From positions 1,337,275 through 1,401,274 of the forward strand of contig OZ242184.1 in assembly GCA_965205855.1 (NCBI GenBank): a stretch of 64,000 nt of DNA, given 5' to 3'. Every line of letters starts with the position of its first letter. The first letter of the stretch is position 1. The notes under the pieces are model-generated. The model worked only from the letters and a program-made list of their open reading frames with translations. It did not search any database and was not told the DNA's origin. This stretch comes from Thermodesulfobacteriota bacterium (lineage in GTDB: Bacteria > Desulfobacterota_D > UBA1144 > Nemesobacterales > Mycalebacteriaceae). Below are positions 52,263 to 60,785 of this stretch, in pieces. The position numbers and the translations under genes are program-made.

Positions 52263-52812
52263 AAAAAAACCGTCATTCCCGCGCAGGCGGGAATCCAGCG
52301 AATAACACCATGAGCTAAAAACAACCTGCTGTTTATATTTTGGCAAACCAACCTAATGGTACGTTATACACTAAAAAAACCGTCATTCCCGCGCAGGCGG
52401 GAATCCAGCGAATAACACCATGAGCCGCAAACAACCTGCTGTTTATATTTTGGCAAGCCAACCTAATGGTACGTTATGCACTAAAAAAACCGTCATTCCC
52501 GCGCAGGCGGGAATCCAGCGAATAACACCATGAGCCACAAACAACCTGCTGTTTATATTTTGGCAAGCCAACCTAATGGTACGTTATGCACTAAAAAAAC
52601 CGTCATTCCCGCGCAGGCGGGAATCCAGCGAATAACACCATGAGCCGCAAACAACCTGCTGTTTATATTTTGGCAAGTCAACCTAATGGTACGTTATGCA
52701 CTAAAAAAACCGTCATTCCCGCGCAGGCGGGAATCCAGCGAATAACACCATGAGCCACAAACAACCTGCTGTTTATATTTTGGCAAGTCAACCTAATGGT
52801 ACGTTATACACT
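52263..52812 (+). repeat. Five tandem 110-bp units (REP plus first 21 codons of the GIY-YIG gene)
   Basis: CGTC starts at 52271, 52381, 52491, 52601 and 52711; unit-specific SNPs; the fifth unit continues into the intact gene. Confidence 0.95.
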
Positions 52813-53043
52813 GGCGTTACTTCTGATTTAATCAAACGTGTCTGGGAACATAAAAATCATTTGGTCAAAGGATTTAGTCAAAAATATAACGTAGACCTTT
52901 TGGTCTATTTCGAATTGCACGCAGATATGTATGTTGCAATTACGCGTGAAAAGCAAATCAAGAAATGGAAGCGGGCATGGAAGCTGAGGTTGATTGAAGA
53001 TAAGAATCCACATTGGAGGGATTTATATAAAGATTTGGTTTGA
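52750..53043 (+). CDS. Stand-alone GIY-YIG nuclease, copy B (protein identical to copy A)
   Basis: Same 97-aa translation, a few synonymous differences, offset 1269 bp. Confidence 0.92.
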   Translation: MSHKQPAVYILASQPNGTLYTGVTSDLIKRVWEHKNHLVKGFSQKYNVDLLVYFELHADMYVAITREKQIKKWKRAWKLRLIEDKNPHWRDLYKDLV

Positions 53044-53501
53044 CTGGATTCCCGCCTGCGCGGGAATGACGTTCCAGGAGGTCTTGGCGCCCACTGAGAC
53101 GGCCTGGATTCCCGCCTGCGCGGGAATGACGAATAGGAAAAGCGGGAATGACTAATAGAGAAGAAGCGGGAATGACATTCCAGGAGGTCTTGGCGCCCAC
53201 TGAGGCGGCCTGGATTCCCGCCTGCGCGGGAATGACTAATAGAAGAAGCGGGAATGACGTTCCAGGAGGTCTTGGCGCCCACTGAGGCGGCCTGGGTTCC
53301 CGCCTGCGCGGGAATGACGAATAGGAGAAGCGGGAATGACGAATAGAGAAGAAGCGGGAATGACGTTCCAGGGGGTCTTGACGCCCACTGAGGCGGCCTG
53401 GATTCCCGCCTGCGCGGGAATGACGAATAGAAGAAACGGGAATGACGAATAGGAGAAGCGGGAATGACGTTCCGGGAGGTCTTGGCGCCCACCGAGGCGG
53501 C
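53044..53501 (-). repeat. Right REP array B (expanded)
   Basis: Full inverted palindromes at 53044, 53104, 53210, 53292 and 53398, half-sites, five 32-bp spacers. Confidence 0.92.
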
Positions 53502-53783
53502 TTGAAGATTGACGGCGGACTGCGGTTCAACAGCGACCCGGACGGCAGTAACGGGGGAAGAAACAACGAAGCGGGCTCTTTGCCAAATCATGTTGACGCG
53601 GCTTCGGTTGGACTGGGTTACGACTTCCCGTTTTACTCAACCTATCTCGGCGCGTCTTACCTGCGCCAAAATGACGCTGATAACTATGAGCGCAATTTCT
53701 TCGGCGTTGTGGGAAAAGTAAAAACCGCAGTGAACACGTTCAGCATCGGCATTCGCTTTGACTTCGAAGTTCCGATTCTTTAA
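53470..53783 (+). pseudogene. 3' remnant of an outer-membrane beta-barrel protein gene
   Basis: GGLKIDGGLRF...AASVGLGYDF...YLGASYLRQ...FSIGIRFDF amphipathic strands; no signal peptide or credible start. Confidence 0.55.
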
Positions 53784-53796
53784 TCCGCGGAAAAAC

Positions 53797-54999
53797 TTAA
53801 CAATCTTTTTCATCCAGAATGGAAATCCCCGGCAAATCCGCGCCGCTCAGGAATTTCAACGCCGCGCCGCCGCCCGTGGAAACGTGCTTCAACTCCGAAC
53901 TCAAAACCTCGGCTTTCCTTATCGCCGCTACGCTCTCGCCCCCGCCCGCGACCGTTACTGCACCGCGCCATGTTTCAAGGGCAATCGCCCTCGCCACTTG
54001 AGTCGTGCCGTTGGAAAACCCGTCCAACTCAAAAACACCCATCGGACCGTTCCAGAAAATCGTCTTTTTGCCCTTCATGCGAGATGTGAAATTAACAATC
54101 GTCTTGGGTCCTATGTCAAAACCCTTCAGATGCGGAGGTATATCCCCCTCAAGAAGAATCGGGTTTTTTGTTTTCTCCATATCCTCGGCGACAACATGGT
54201 CACACGGAAGAACTATCTTGTCCCCGTATTCCTTAATCGCACCTGCCGCCCAGTCAACCATCTCCTCCTCAACAATGGATTGCCCCACGCTGTCTCCGCG
54301 CGCTTTTAAAAATGTGTACGCAACCCCGCCGCCCACGATTATCTCATCCGCCTTCTCAAGCAGATTCTCCAAAGCGTTTATCTTGTCCTTGATTTTCGCC
54401 CCTCCGACCATGACCAGATAAGGCCTTTCGGGTTTGTCAACAAGGGTTTTGAAAAAACCTATCTCTGTGTTTACCACAAAACCCGCGATTTTTTTCTCAA
54501 AGTAATCGCCCACGCCGTAGGTTGACGAATGCATACGGTGCGAAGTTCCAAACGCATCGTTGACATAAATATCGGCAAATTCCGAAAGCCGCCTGCAAAA
54601 TTCGGGGTCGCAATTCCTCTCTTCGGGAAAAAACCTTAAATTCTCAAGAAGAAGAACCTCACCCTCGCGTAGCTTCTCAACCTCGCTGTCAACACCCTCA
54701 CCGACAACGCCGCCCGGAAATTTCACGGGCTTGCCAAGTAACTCCCCAAGCCTCTCCGCGATGGGGGCAAGCGAAAGCGATTCCACAAAATTCCCTCTCG
54801 GACGCCCGAGATGAGATGCCACAACAACCTTCGCCCCGCGCTCGGCAAGATAGGCAATCGTGGTAAAAGACCTTCTTATTCTGTAATCTTCGGTGATTTT
54901 TCCGCCCTTGAGCGGAACATTGAAATCCACTCTGACAAAAAATCTGCCGCCCTTTATCTCGGAATCGGACAGGTCTGAAACGACCATTTTTGATTTCAA
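53797..54999 (-). CDS. pgk: Phosphoglycerate kinase
   Basis: RVDFNVP, SHLGRP, LLENLRF, WNGPMGVFE, STGGGA. Confidence 0.97.
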   Translation of the reverse strand: MKSKMVVSDLSDSEIKGGRFFVRVDFNVPLKGGKITEDYRIRRSFTTIAYLAERGAKVVVASHLGRPRGNFVESLSLAPIAERLGELLGKPVKFPGGVVGEGVDSEVEKLREGEVLLLENLRFFPEERNCDPEFCRRLSEFADIYVNDAFGTSHRMHSSTYGVGDYFEKKIAGFVVNTEIGFFKTLVDKPERPYLVMVGGAKIKDKINALENLLEKADEIIVGGGVAYTFLKARGDSVGQSIVEEEMVDWAAGAIKEYGDKIVLPCDHVVAEDMEKTKNPILLEGDIPPHLKGFDIGPKTIVNFTSRMKGKKTIFWNGPMGVFELDGFSNGTTQVARAIALETWRGAVTVAGGGESVAAIRKAEVLSSELKHVSTGGGAALKFLSGADLPGISILDEKDC

Positions 55000-56006
55000 T
55001 TTGCGCGCTCCGCGATTATGGAAACAAGGTCGACGACCCTTGAGGAATAGCCGTATTCATTGTCATACCATGCGACAACTTTGACGAAATTGCCGTCCAA
55101 AACGGATGTCAGATAAGGGTCGAAAACCGCGGACTCCGAGCTCCCGATCAGGTCACAGGAGACAAGCTCCGAGTCAAGATATCCAACAAGGCCGGCAAGG
55201 GATTTGCGCGAAGCGTCCAGAAACGCGGCGTTCACTTCATCAACGGTCGCGGCGGCCTCAACTTCGCATGAAAAATCCACAAGTGAAACATTCGGTGTCG
55301 GAACCCTTATCGCCATCGCGGAAAGTTTGCCCTTGAGTTCGGGAAAAACCACCTGTATAACCTCCGCCGCGCCGGTTGAAGTCGGGATGATGGACTGCGC
55401 CGCGGCGCGCGCGCGACGCAAGTCGGAATGCGGGGCATCGTGAAGGCGCTGGTCGCTTGTGTAGGAGTGAACGGTTGTCATCTCTCCTATTTTTACGGTG
55501 AATTTTTCGTGAAGAATTTTTACAAGCATACTGAAGCAGTTTGTCGTACATGAGGCGTTTGACACAACATCATGTTTTTCGGGGTCGTAACTATCCCCGT
55601 TTACGCCAAGCACCACGGTAAGGTCTGCATCCCCTTTTGCCGGAGCGGTTATCACAACCTTGCGAACGGTGTCTCCAATGTGCGCCGCGGCTTGCTCCCG
55701 CGAGCGGAATATCCCGGTTGATTCAACGACTATGTTTGCCTCGTGCTCGCTCCAGGGTATGCGCGAGGGGTCTTTTTCGGAAAAGATGTTTATAAACCTC
55801 CCGTCCACCTCCATACCGCCGTCGTGCGCTTTCACCTCTCCGGGGTATGAGCCGAAAACCGAATCGTATTTGAAAAGATGTGCAAGTGTCCGAGGGGAGG
55901 CTATATCGTTTATGGCGACACATTCAAAGCCCGGATTGAGCAACCCGATTCTGAGAACATTACGGCCAATTCTGCCGAATCCGTTTATTCCAACCTTCGC
56001 TTTCAT
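54996..56006 (-). CDS. gap: Glyceraldehyde-3-phosphate dehydrogenase
   Basis: GINGFGRIGR, SNASCTTNC, WYDNEYGYS. Confidence 0.98.
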   Translation of the reverse strand: MKAKVGINGFGRIGRNVLRIGLLNPGFECVAINDIASPRTLAHLFKYDSVFGSYPGEVKAHDGGMEVDGRFINIFSEKDPSRIPWSEHEANIVVESTGIFRSREQAAAHIGDTVRKVVITAPAKGDADLTVVLGVNGDSYDPEKHDVVSNASCTTNCFSMLVKILHEKFTVKIGEMTTVHSYTSDQRLHDAPHSDLRRARAAAQSIIPTSTGAAEVIQVVFPELKGKLSAMAIRVPTPNVSLVDFSCEVEAAATVDEVNAAFLDASRKSLAGLVGYLDSELVSCDLIGSSESAVFDPYLTSVLDGNFVKVVAWYDNEYGYSSRVVDLVSIIAERAN

Positions 56007-56117
56007 TACAGATGTTCCGAGAACAGAGGGTAAATCATATCACCCGCCGCGCCACCGCGCAATAATCGCCCGGATCAGCATTTTCAACTTAGGGCTTGTT
56101 GTGTAATATCACTTTCC

Positions 56118-57152
56118 GTGAAGATGATAAGAACAGCAGTTTTCGGAGCAAGCGGATACGCGGGCGGGGAGTTGCTCCGCCTGCTCTCCGGACACCGGTT
56201 CGCGCGCATGGTCTGGGCTGCGGCGGAAAAAAACGCGGGAAAAAAGGTTTCCGATGTGTTCGGTGGACTCAAAGGCATTGTTGACGCAAAACTCCGCCCG
56301 TCCGACCCGAAACTGATGCCGGACGAAATTGACCTTGTTTTCACGGCTCTTCCGCACGGGAATTCGGCGCGGATAATGAAGCGGCTTTTGAAAAAGGGTG
56401 CGCGCGTGATTGACCTCGGAGCGGATTTCAGAATATCCCCCGCGGCTTACAAAAAATGGTACGGCCCCCACTCGTGTCCGGAGCTTATAAAAACCGCTCC
56501 ATACGGCATGGCGGAGTTGTGCGCGGAAAAAATCAAAACCGCAAAAATAGTGGCAAATCCCGGATGCTATCCGACCGGAGCAATCCTCGCGCTCGCCCCG
56601 TTTGCGGAAATGATGTCCGAAAAACGCGCGGTGATAGATTCAAAATCCGGCGCGAGCGGAGCGGGAAGAACCCCGCAGAGAGGAACCGTTTTCGGGGAAG
56701 TGAATGAGGCGGTAAAGCCGTATAACCCGAATGCGCACAGGCATATACCAGAGATTGAGGAAGCGCTTCTCTCAATATGCGGCTTAAAGTTCGGCGTGGA
56801 TTTCACTCCCCACCTCATCCCGATGGACAGGGGAATACTCACAACCGCATACATACGGCTTGCGAAAAAAACGGACACCGAAATGCTCACGGGGGTCGCG
56901 AAGGGGTTTTATAAAAACAACCGTTTTGTGAGGGTCTGCCTGCCGGGGAAATATCCTTCAACGGCGGATGTGCGCGGCTCAAACTACTGCGACATCGCGG
57001 TCGCCGTGTCGAGAGACGGTATGCGCGCAACCGTTATGTCGGCGATAGATAACCTCGTGAAAGGCGCGGCGGGGCAGGCGGTTCAGAATATGAACCTTAT
57101 GTTCGGTTTTGACGAAGACGAAGGCCTCAAAGGCGCTCCGGTTTTTCCGTAA
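56118..57152 (+). CDS. argC: N-acetyl-gamma-glutamyl-phosphate reductase
   Basis: GASGYAG, ANPGCYPT, IDNLVKGAAGQAVQNMN. Confidence 0.97.
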   Translation: MKMIRTAVFGASGYAGGELLRLLSGHRFARMVWAAAEKNAGKKVSDVFGGLKGIVDAKLRPSDPKLMPDEIDLVFTALPHGNSARIMKRLLKKGARVIDLGADFRISPAAYKKWYGPHSCPELIKTAPYGMAELCAEKIKTAKIVANPGCYPTGAILALAPFAEMMSEKRAVIDSKSGASGAGRTPQRGTVFGEVNEAVKPYNPNAHRHIPEIEEALLSICGLKFGVDFTPHLIPMDRGILTTAYIRLAKKTDTEMLTGVAKGFYKNNRFVRVCLPGKYPSTADVRGSNYCDIAVAVSRDGMRATVMSAIDNLVKGAAGQAVQNMNLMFGFDEDEGLKGAPVFP

Positions 57153-57168
57153 AGAGAAAAATCCCGCC

Positions 57169-58305
57169 CTAACCTTTCATCCGTTCAAGACACTTTTTGA
57201 GCGCGGTTTTGAATCTTTCAATGTCTTCAGGCGTGGAAAACCTTCCCGCGCTGACGCGCAGACACGATCCGGAGCGTTCGGGCGTCAGACCCATCGCGAG
57301 CAGAACCTTGGACGGGTCAACATTGCCCTCGGAACACGCGGAGCCGTTTGAGACCGATACTCCCTCAATATCAAGAGCCATAACAAGGGTCTCCCCGTTT
57401 ACTCCCTCAATTCCAAAATTTGTCGTGTTGGAAACCCTGTCCGAGGTTTTCGCGTTTATCCAGCTCCCTTTGATTTCGGCGAGAATAAAATTCTCAAGGT
57501 CTTCAATAAGAGCCGCTGTCTTTCTCATATCCCCGGCGCCTTCGGAGAGTGCGATTTCGCACGCCTTTCCGAAACCCGCTATCGCGGCGACATTCTCGGT
57601 GCCGCTACGCCTTCCCTTCTCCTGCCCGCCGCCGTGTATGAGAGTCTCCACCCTTACGCCCCTTCTTATGAAAACCGCCCCAGCGCCCTTGGGCCCGCAA
57701 ATTTTGTGTGATGAGACCGAAGCCAGATCAACGGGAAGATGGTTGAGGTCAACGGGTATCTTCCCAACCGACTGTGTAATGTCGGCGTGAAAAAGAGCAC
57801 CGTTCTGCCTTGCGATTTCACCAATTTCTTCAATCGGCATTACCACCCCCGTTTCGTTGTTGACATGCATGCACGAAACAAGCGCGGTTTTGCTACTTAC
57901 GCAATCCCGAAGGGCATCAAGATTCGGAACACCGCAAGAGTCAACGGGAAGACGTGTTATCTCAAAGCCCGTTTTTTCAAGAAAATCAAAAACCTCGCGG
58001 CACGAAGAATGCTCAACCGGAGTCGTTACCACGTGCCGCCTGCCCCTGTATGCAAGAGATGCTCCCTTCAAGGCAAAGTTGTTGCTCTCGCTCCCGCCAC
58101 TTGTGAACAAAAACTCCGAAGGGACGCCGCCGAGAAGGGCGGTGACGCGCGCGCGTGCGTCATCAAGGGCGGCTCTCGCCTCTCGGCCGTGAGAGTGAAC
58201 ACTTGAGGGGTTGCCGAATCCGGATTCCAGAAAGAAAACCGTTTCTTTGGCCGCACGAGGGTCAACCGGGGTCGTGGCGTTGTAGTCAAGATAGACGGCT
58301 GACAT
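57169..58305 (-). CDS. iscS: Cysteine desulfurase, IscS/NifS class
   Basis: YLDYNATT, GNPSS, SSHKICGPKG, SNGSACS. Confidence 0.92.
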   Translation of the reverse strand: MSAVYLDYNATTPVDPRAAKETVFFLESGFGNPSSVHSHGREARAALDDARARVTALLGGVPSEFLFTSGGSESNNFALKGASLAYRGRRHVVTTPVEHSSCREVFDFLEKTGFEITRLPVDSCGVPNLDALRDCVSSKTALVSCMHVNNETGVVMPIEEIGEIARQNGALFHADITQSVGKIPVDLNHLPVDLASVSSHKICGPKGAGAVFIRRGVRVETLIHGGGQEKGRRSGTENVAAIAGFGKACEIALSEGAGDMRKTAALIEDLENFILAEIKGSWINAKTSDRVSNTTNFGIEGVNGETLVMALDIEGVSVSNGSACSEGNVDPSKVLLAMGLTPERSGSCLRVSAGRFSTPEDIERFKTALKKCLERMKG

Positions 58306-58346
58306 TGCCTTTTATTCTATATGAATTGCCGCGTCGCGGAAAATTT

Positions 58347-59120
58347 TCATCTGAAAAGGTCTTCGGACGGGCTTCTCAATAACTCCCCCGCTCCGCTCCC
58401 GGCTGTGTTAAACCGGAGTCCGCGCACGACCACAACCGGGTAGCCGCCGTTTTTTTCCATTAAAATCCCTGCCGCAGCCACAATCTGGTCGGCAACCGCC
58501 ATCTCGGTCGCCACAAGTTCAACGCCGTCCATGTCCTTCTCTCCCCTGCGGTCGGCAAGCGCTTTGATTCCGTGGCATCCTATGGCTATGTCAACCAGCC
58601 CTTCCCTCCACGGCCTTCCGGCGGTGTCCGAAACAATAACGGCGACTTCCGCGCCCGTTTTCACGCGCAGGTTCGAGGCGATCACGCGCGCCGAAACATC
58701 CGAATCAACCGGAAGCAGTGTCGCAAAACCCGCGCCGCCGGTGTTTGAAACATCCACGCCGGCGTTTGCCATTATCATCCCCGAAAGGGTCTCCACTATA
58801 AGTCTTCCCTTGCCCGGCGCGACTCTGGCTTTGCGTACGATTTTTTTTGACTGCCCGAGGATTACCTCGACAAGACGGGGGTCTTTGTCAACCTCGCGCG
58901 CCACAGTTTGAGCAAGCGGCGAAGGAATAACGGAGCGGAGGTCAACGGTTCTCCCCTCGGATTTGGAAATCACCTTCTGAGCTATTACAACAACATCGCC
59001 GCTCTTAAGCGGGGTTTTAAACTCTTCGGCAGACCGCGCGACCGCCGACGCAACGCAATCGCCAGATTTTATTGCCGCAATGCCCTTGAGGGCGGAGAAA
59101 GTTATCTGCCCGGAAAACAA
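58347..59120 (-). CDS. cofE: Coenzyme F420-0:L-glutamate ligase
   Basis: AQKVISKSEGR, ANAGVDVSN, VSDTAGRPWREG, PVVVVRG, DLFR. Confidence 0.92.
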   Translation of the reverse strand: MFSGQITFSALKGIAAIKSGDCVASAVARSAEEFKTPLKSGDVVVIAQKVISKSEGRTVDLRSVIPSPLAQTVAREVDKDPRLVEVILGQSKKIVRKARVAPGKGRLIVETLSGMIMANAGVDVSNTGGAGFATLLPVDSDVSARVIASNLRVKTGAEVAVIVSDTAGRPWREGLVDIAIGCHGIKALADRRGEKDMDGVELVATEMAVADQIVAAAGILMEKNGGYPVVVVRGLRFNTAGSGAGELLRSPSEDLFR

Positions 59121-59130
59121 TTAAAGGAAA

Positions 59131-59553
59131 CTAATAATGGTATCTGTATGTCTGCACCATCGTCTCGGAGGCGCCCTTGTGCCTGCCCCAGACTATGATT
59201 TTACGCGAGCCATATTCGGTTGTGGGCCTGGGCTCTATCGCTCTGACCGTGAACACATTGCCCGTAGTCTTGTTTGCCCAGTTAGCTTCCGAGCCATCTG
59301 ACAGATTCTTTATGTGTTTTTTAAGCGTGGCGGCGTCTTCCGGACTCATAAGCGTATCAACAACATCGGCTCTTATGTCTTTTGTAGTGGATTTTCCGGA
59401 CGAGGGAAGCGCGACAAGACCCTCAAGTTTGACATTCATTGCCTCGGTTTTTTTGTCCACAAAAGGCATTCTGGAGGCGCAAGAGGCAAAAACGAAAACG
59501 CAGATCAGAACGGCGGCGATTTTTGTAACCTGTATCAGAGAAAAACTTTTCAT
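59131..59553 (-). CDS. Hypothetical lipoprotein
   Basis: GGAGG RBS, MKSFSLIQ...VFASC lipobox. Confidence 0.65.
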   Translation of the reverse strand: MKSFSLIQVTKIAAVLICVFVFASCASRMPFVDKKTEAMNVKLEGLVALPSSGKSTTKDIRADVVDTLMSPEDAATLKKHIKNLSDGSEANWANKTTGNVFTVRAIEPRPTTEYGSRKIIVWGRHKGASETMVQTYRYHY

Positions 59554-59623
59554 AACTGGCAAACCTCCTGAAAAAATCCTTTTTAATGATAGCATTCCAA
59601 GTATAAAAAATAAAGGAAGAGTT

Positions 59624-60769
59624 ATGGAAAAAAAAGAAATATATCTTGACAACAACGCGTCTTCCCGCGTTCTGCCCGAAGTTCTGAAAAAAGTGGTTGA
59701 GATTTCGGAGCTCGGCGGCAACCCTTCAAGCCTCCATTCGTTCGGGGGGAAAATCAGGGATATCGTTGAGGACGCGAGAAACAATTTCGCCACGTTTGTA
59801 GGAAGCGACCCCGGAGGGGTTGTGTTCACAAGCTCCGGAACGGAGGCAAACAACATGGCTCTTATTGTTTCGGGAAAAAATGCGCAGCGCGGAAAAAACA
59901 CAATCGTAACGACGCCCGTTGAGCATTCGTCTGTGAAAAAAATGTGCGCGCGTCTTGAGCTGGATGGAGCGGAAATCAGGCGCGTGAGAGTTGACGGGGA
60001 CGGATTTACGGACATCGGAGAGTTGGAAAAAGAGGTTCGCGCCGGAGCGGACATTGTTTCCGTTCAGTGGGTAAACAACGAAACCGGAGTTATACAGGAT
60101 ATGGAAAGCATAGCTCGGCTGTGTGCGGAAAATGGTGTTCTGTTTCACACCGACGCCGCTCAGGCGCCGGGCAAAATACCGGTTGACATAAACGCGCTCG
60201 GAGCCGACTTCGCGACATTTACGGGGCATAAATTCAACGCTCTTCAGGGTTGCGGCGCCATTTGCGCGAAAGACAAACTCGTGCTAAACCAGTTGATGTT
60301 CGGAGGTTTGCAGGAAGGCGGATTCAGACCCGGAACGCAAAACATAGCGGGCATAACGTCAATGGGCGCGGCCGCGGCGACAAGGGGACGCGACATAGAC
60401 CGGGCGGCGCGGCGCCTTGCGGAGATGAGGGATTTTTTTGAGGAAGCAATCCTCTCCGCGCTTCCCCGGACTTCAGTAAACGGAAGCAGAAAACGCAGGG
60501 TTCCCAACACGGTAAACATGATGTTCGGCGGAAAAAACGGCGCGGAAATGACCGCCGTTCTTGACTCTCTCGGACTCAAGTGCTCGCAGAGTTCGGCATG
60601 CACAAGCCTTGATCCCGCACCGTCATACGTTCTCAAAAGCATGGGGCTTTCGGACGAGGAGGCAAACTCAAGCGTAAGATTCAGCTTCGGCGTGGACAAT
60701 TCAATGGAAGAGGCGCGCAGGGCGGTGGAAATCGTAATTGAAGCGCACGGAAAATGCTCCGCCACCTGA
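59624..60769 (+). CDS. Cysteine desulfurase, IscS/NifS class (second paralog)
   Basis: YLDNNASS, GNPSS, TGHKF, SQSSACTS; start placed at MEKKEIY after AAGGA. Confidence 0.9.
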   Translation: MEKKEIYLDNNASSRVLPEVLKKVVEISELGGNPSSLHSFGGKIRDIVEDARNNFATFVGSDPGGVVFTSSGTEANNMALIVSGKNAQRGKNTIVTTPVEHSSVKKMCARLELDGAEIRRVRVDGDGFTDIGELEKEVRAGADIVSVQWVNNETGVIQDMESIARLCAENGVLFHTDAAQAPGKIPVDINALGADFATFTGHKFNALQGCGAICAKDKLVLNQLMFGGLQEGGFRPGTQNIAGITSMGAAAATRGRDIDRAARRLAEMRDFFEEAILSALPRTSVNGSRKRRVPNTVNMMFGGKNGAEMTAVLDSLGLKCSQSSACTSLDPAPSYVLKSMGLSDEEANSSVRFSFGVDNSMEEARRAVEIVIEAHGKCSAT

Positions 60770-60785
60770 CACCGCGCGGTATCTT

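Noticed and set aside
51775-53501. CRISPR array
   Set aside because: Spacers are near-identical copies rather than unique, spacing is irregular with half-repeats, repeats occur in both orientations, and there are no cas genes in the window.
51268-53591. Minus-strand ORFs through the repeats (51268-51522, 51636-52127, 52905-53591, 52958-53566)
   Set aside because: They are translations of the palindrome (VIPAQAG, HSRAGGNP, SFPRRRES) and antisense to the GIY-YIG genes; no independent evidence of coding.
59177-59623. 149-aa N-terminal extension on the second cysteine desulfurase
   Set aside because: It is the antisense of the lipoprotein gene; homology and an RBS begin at 59624.
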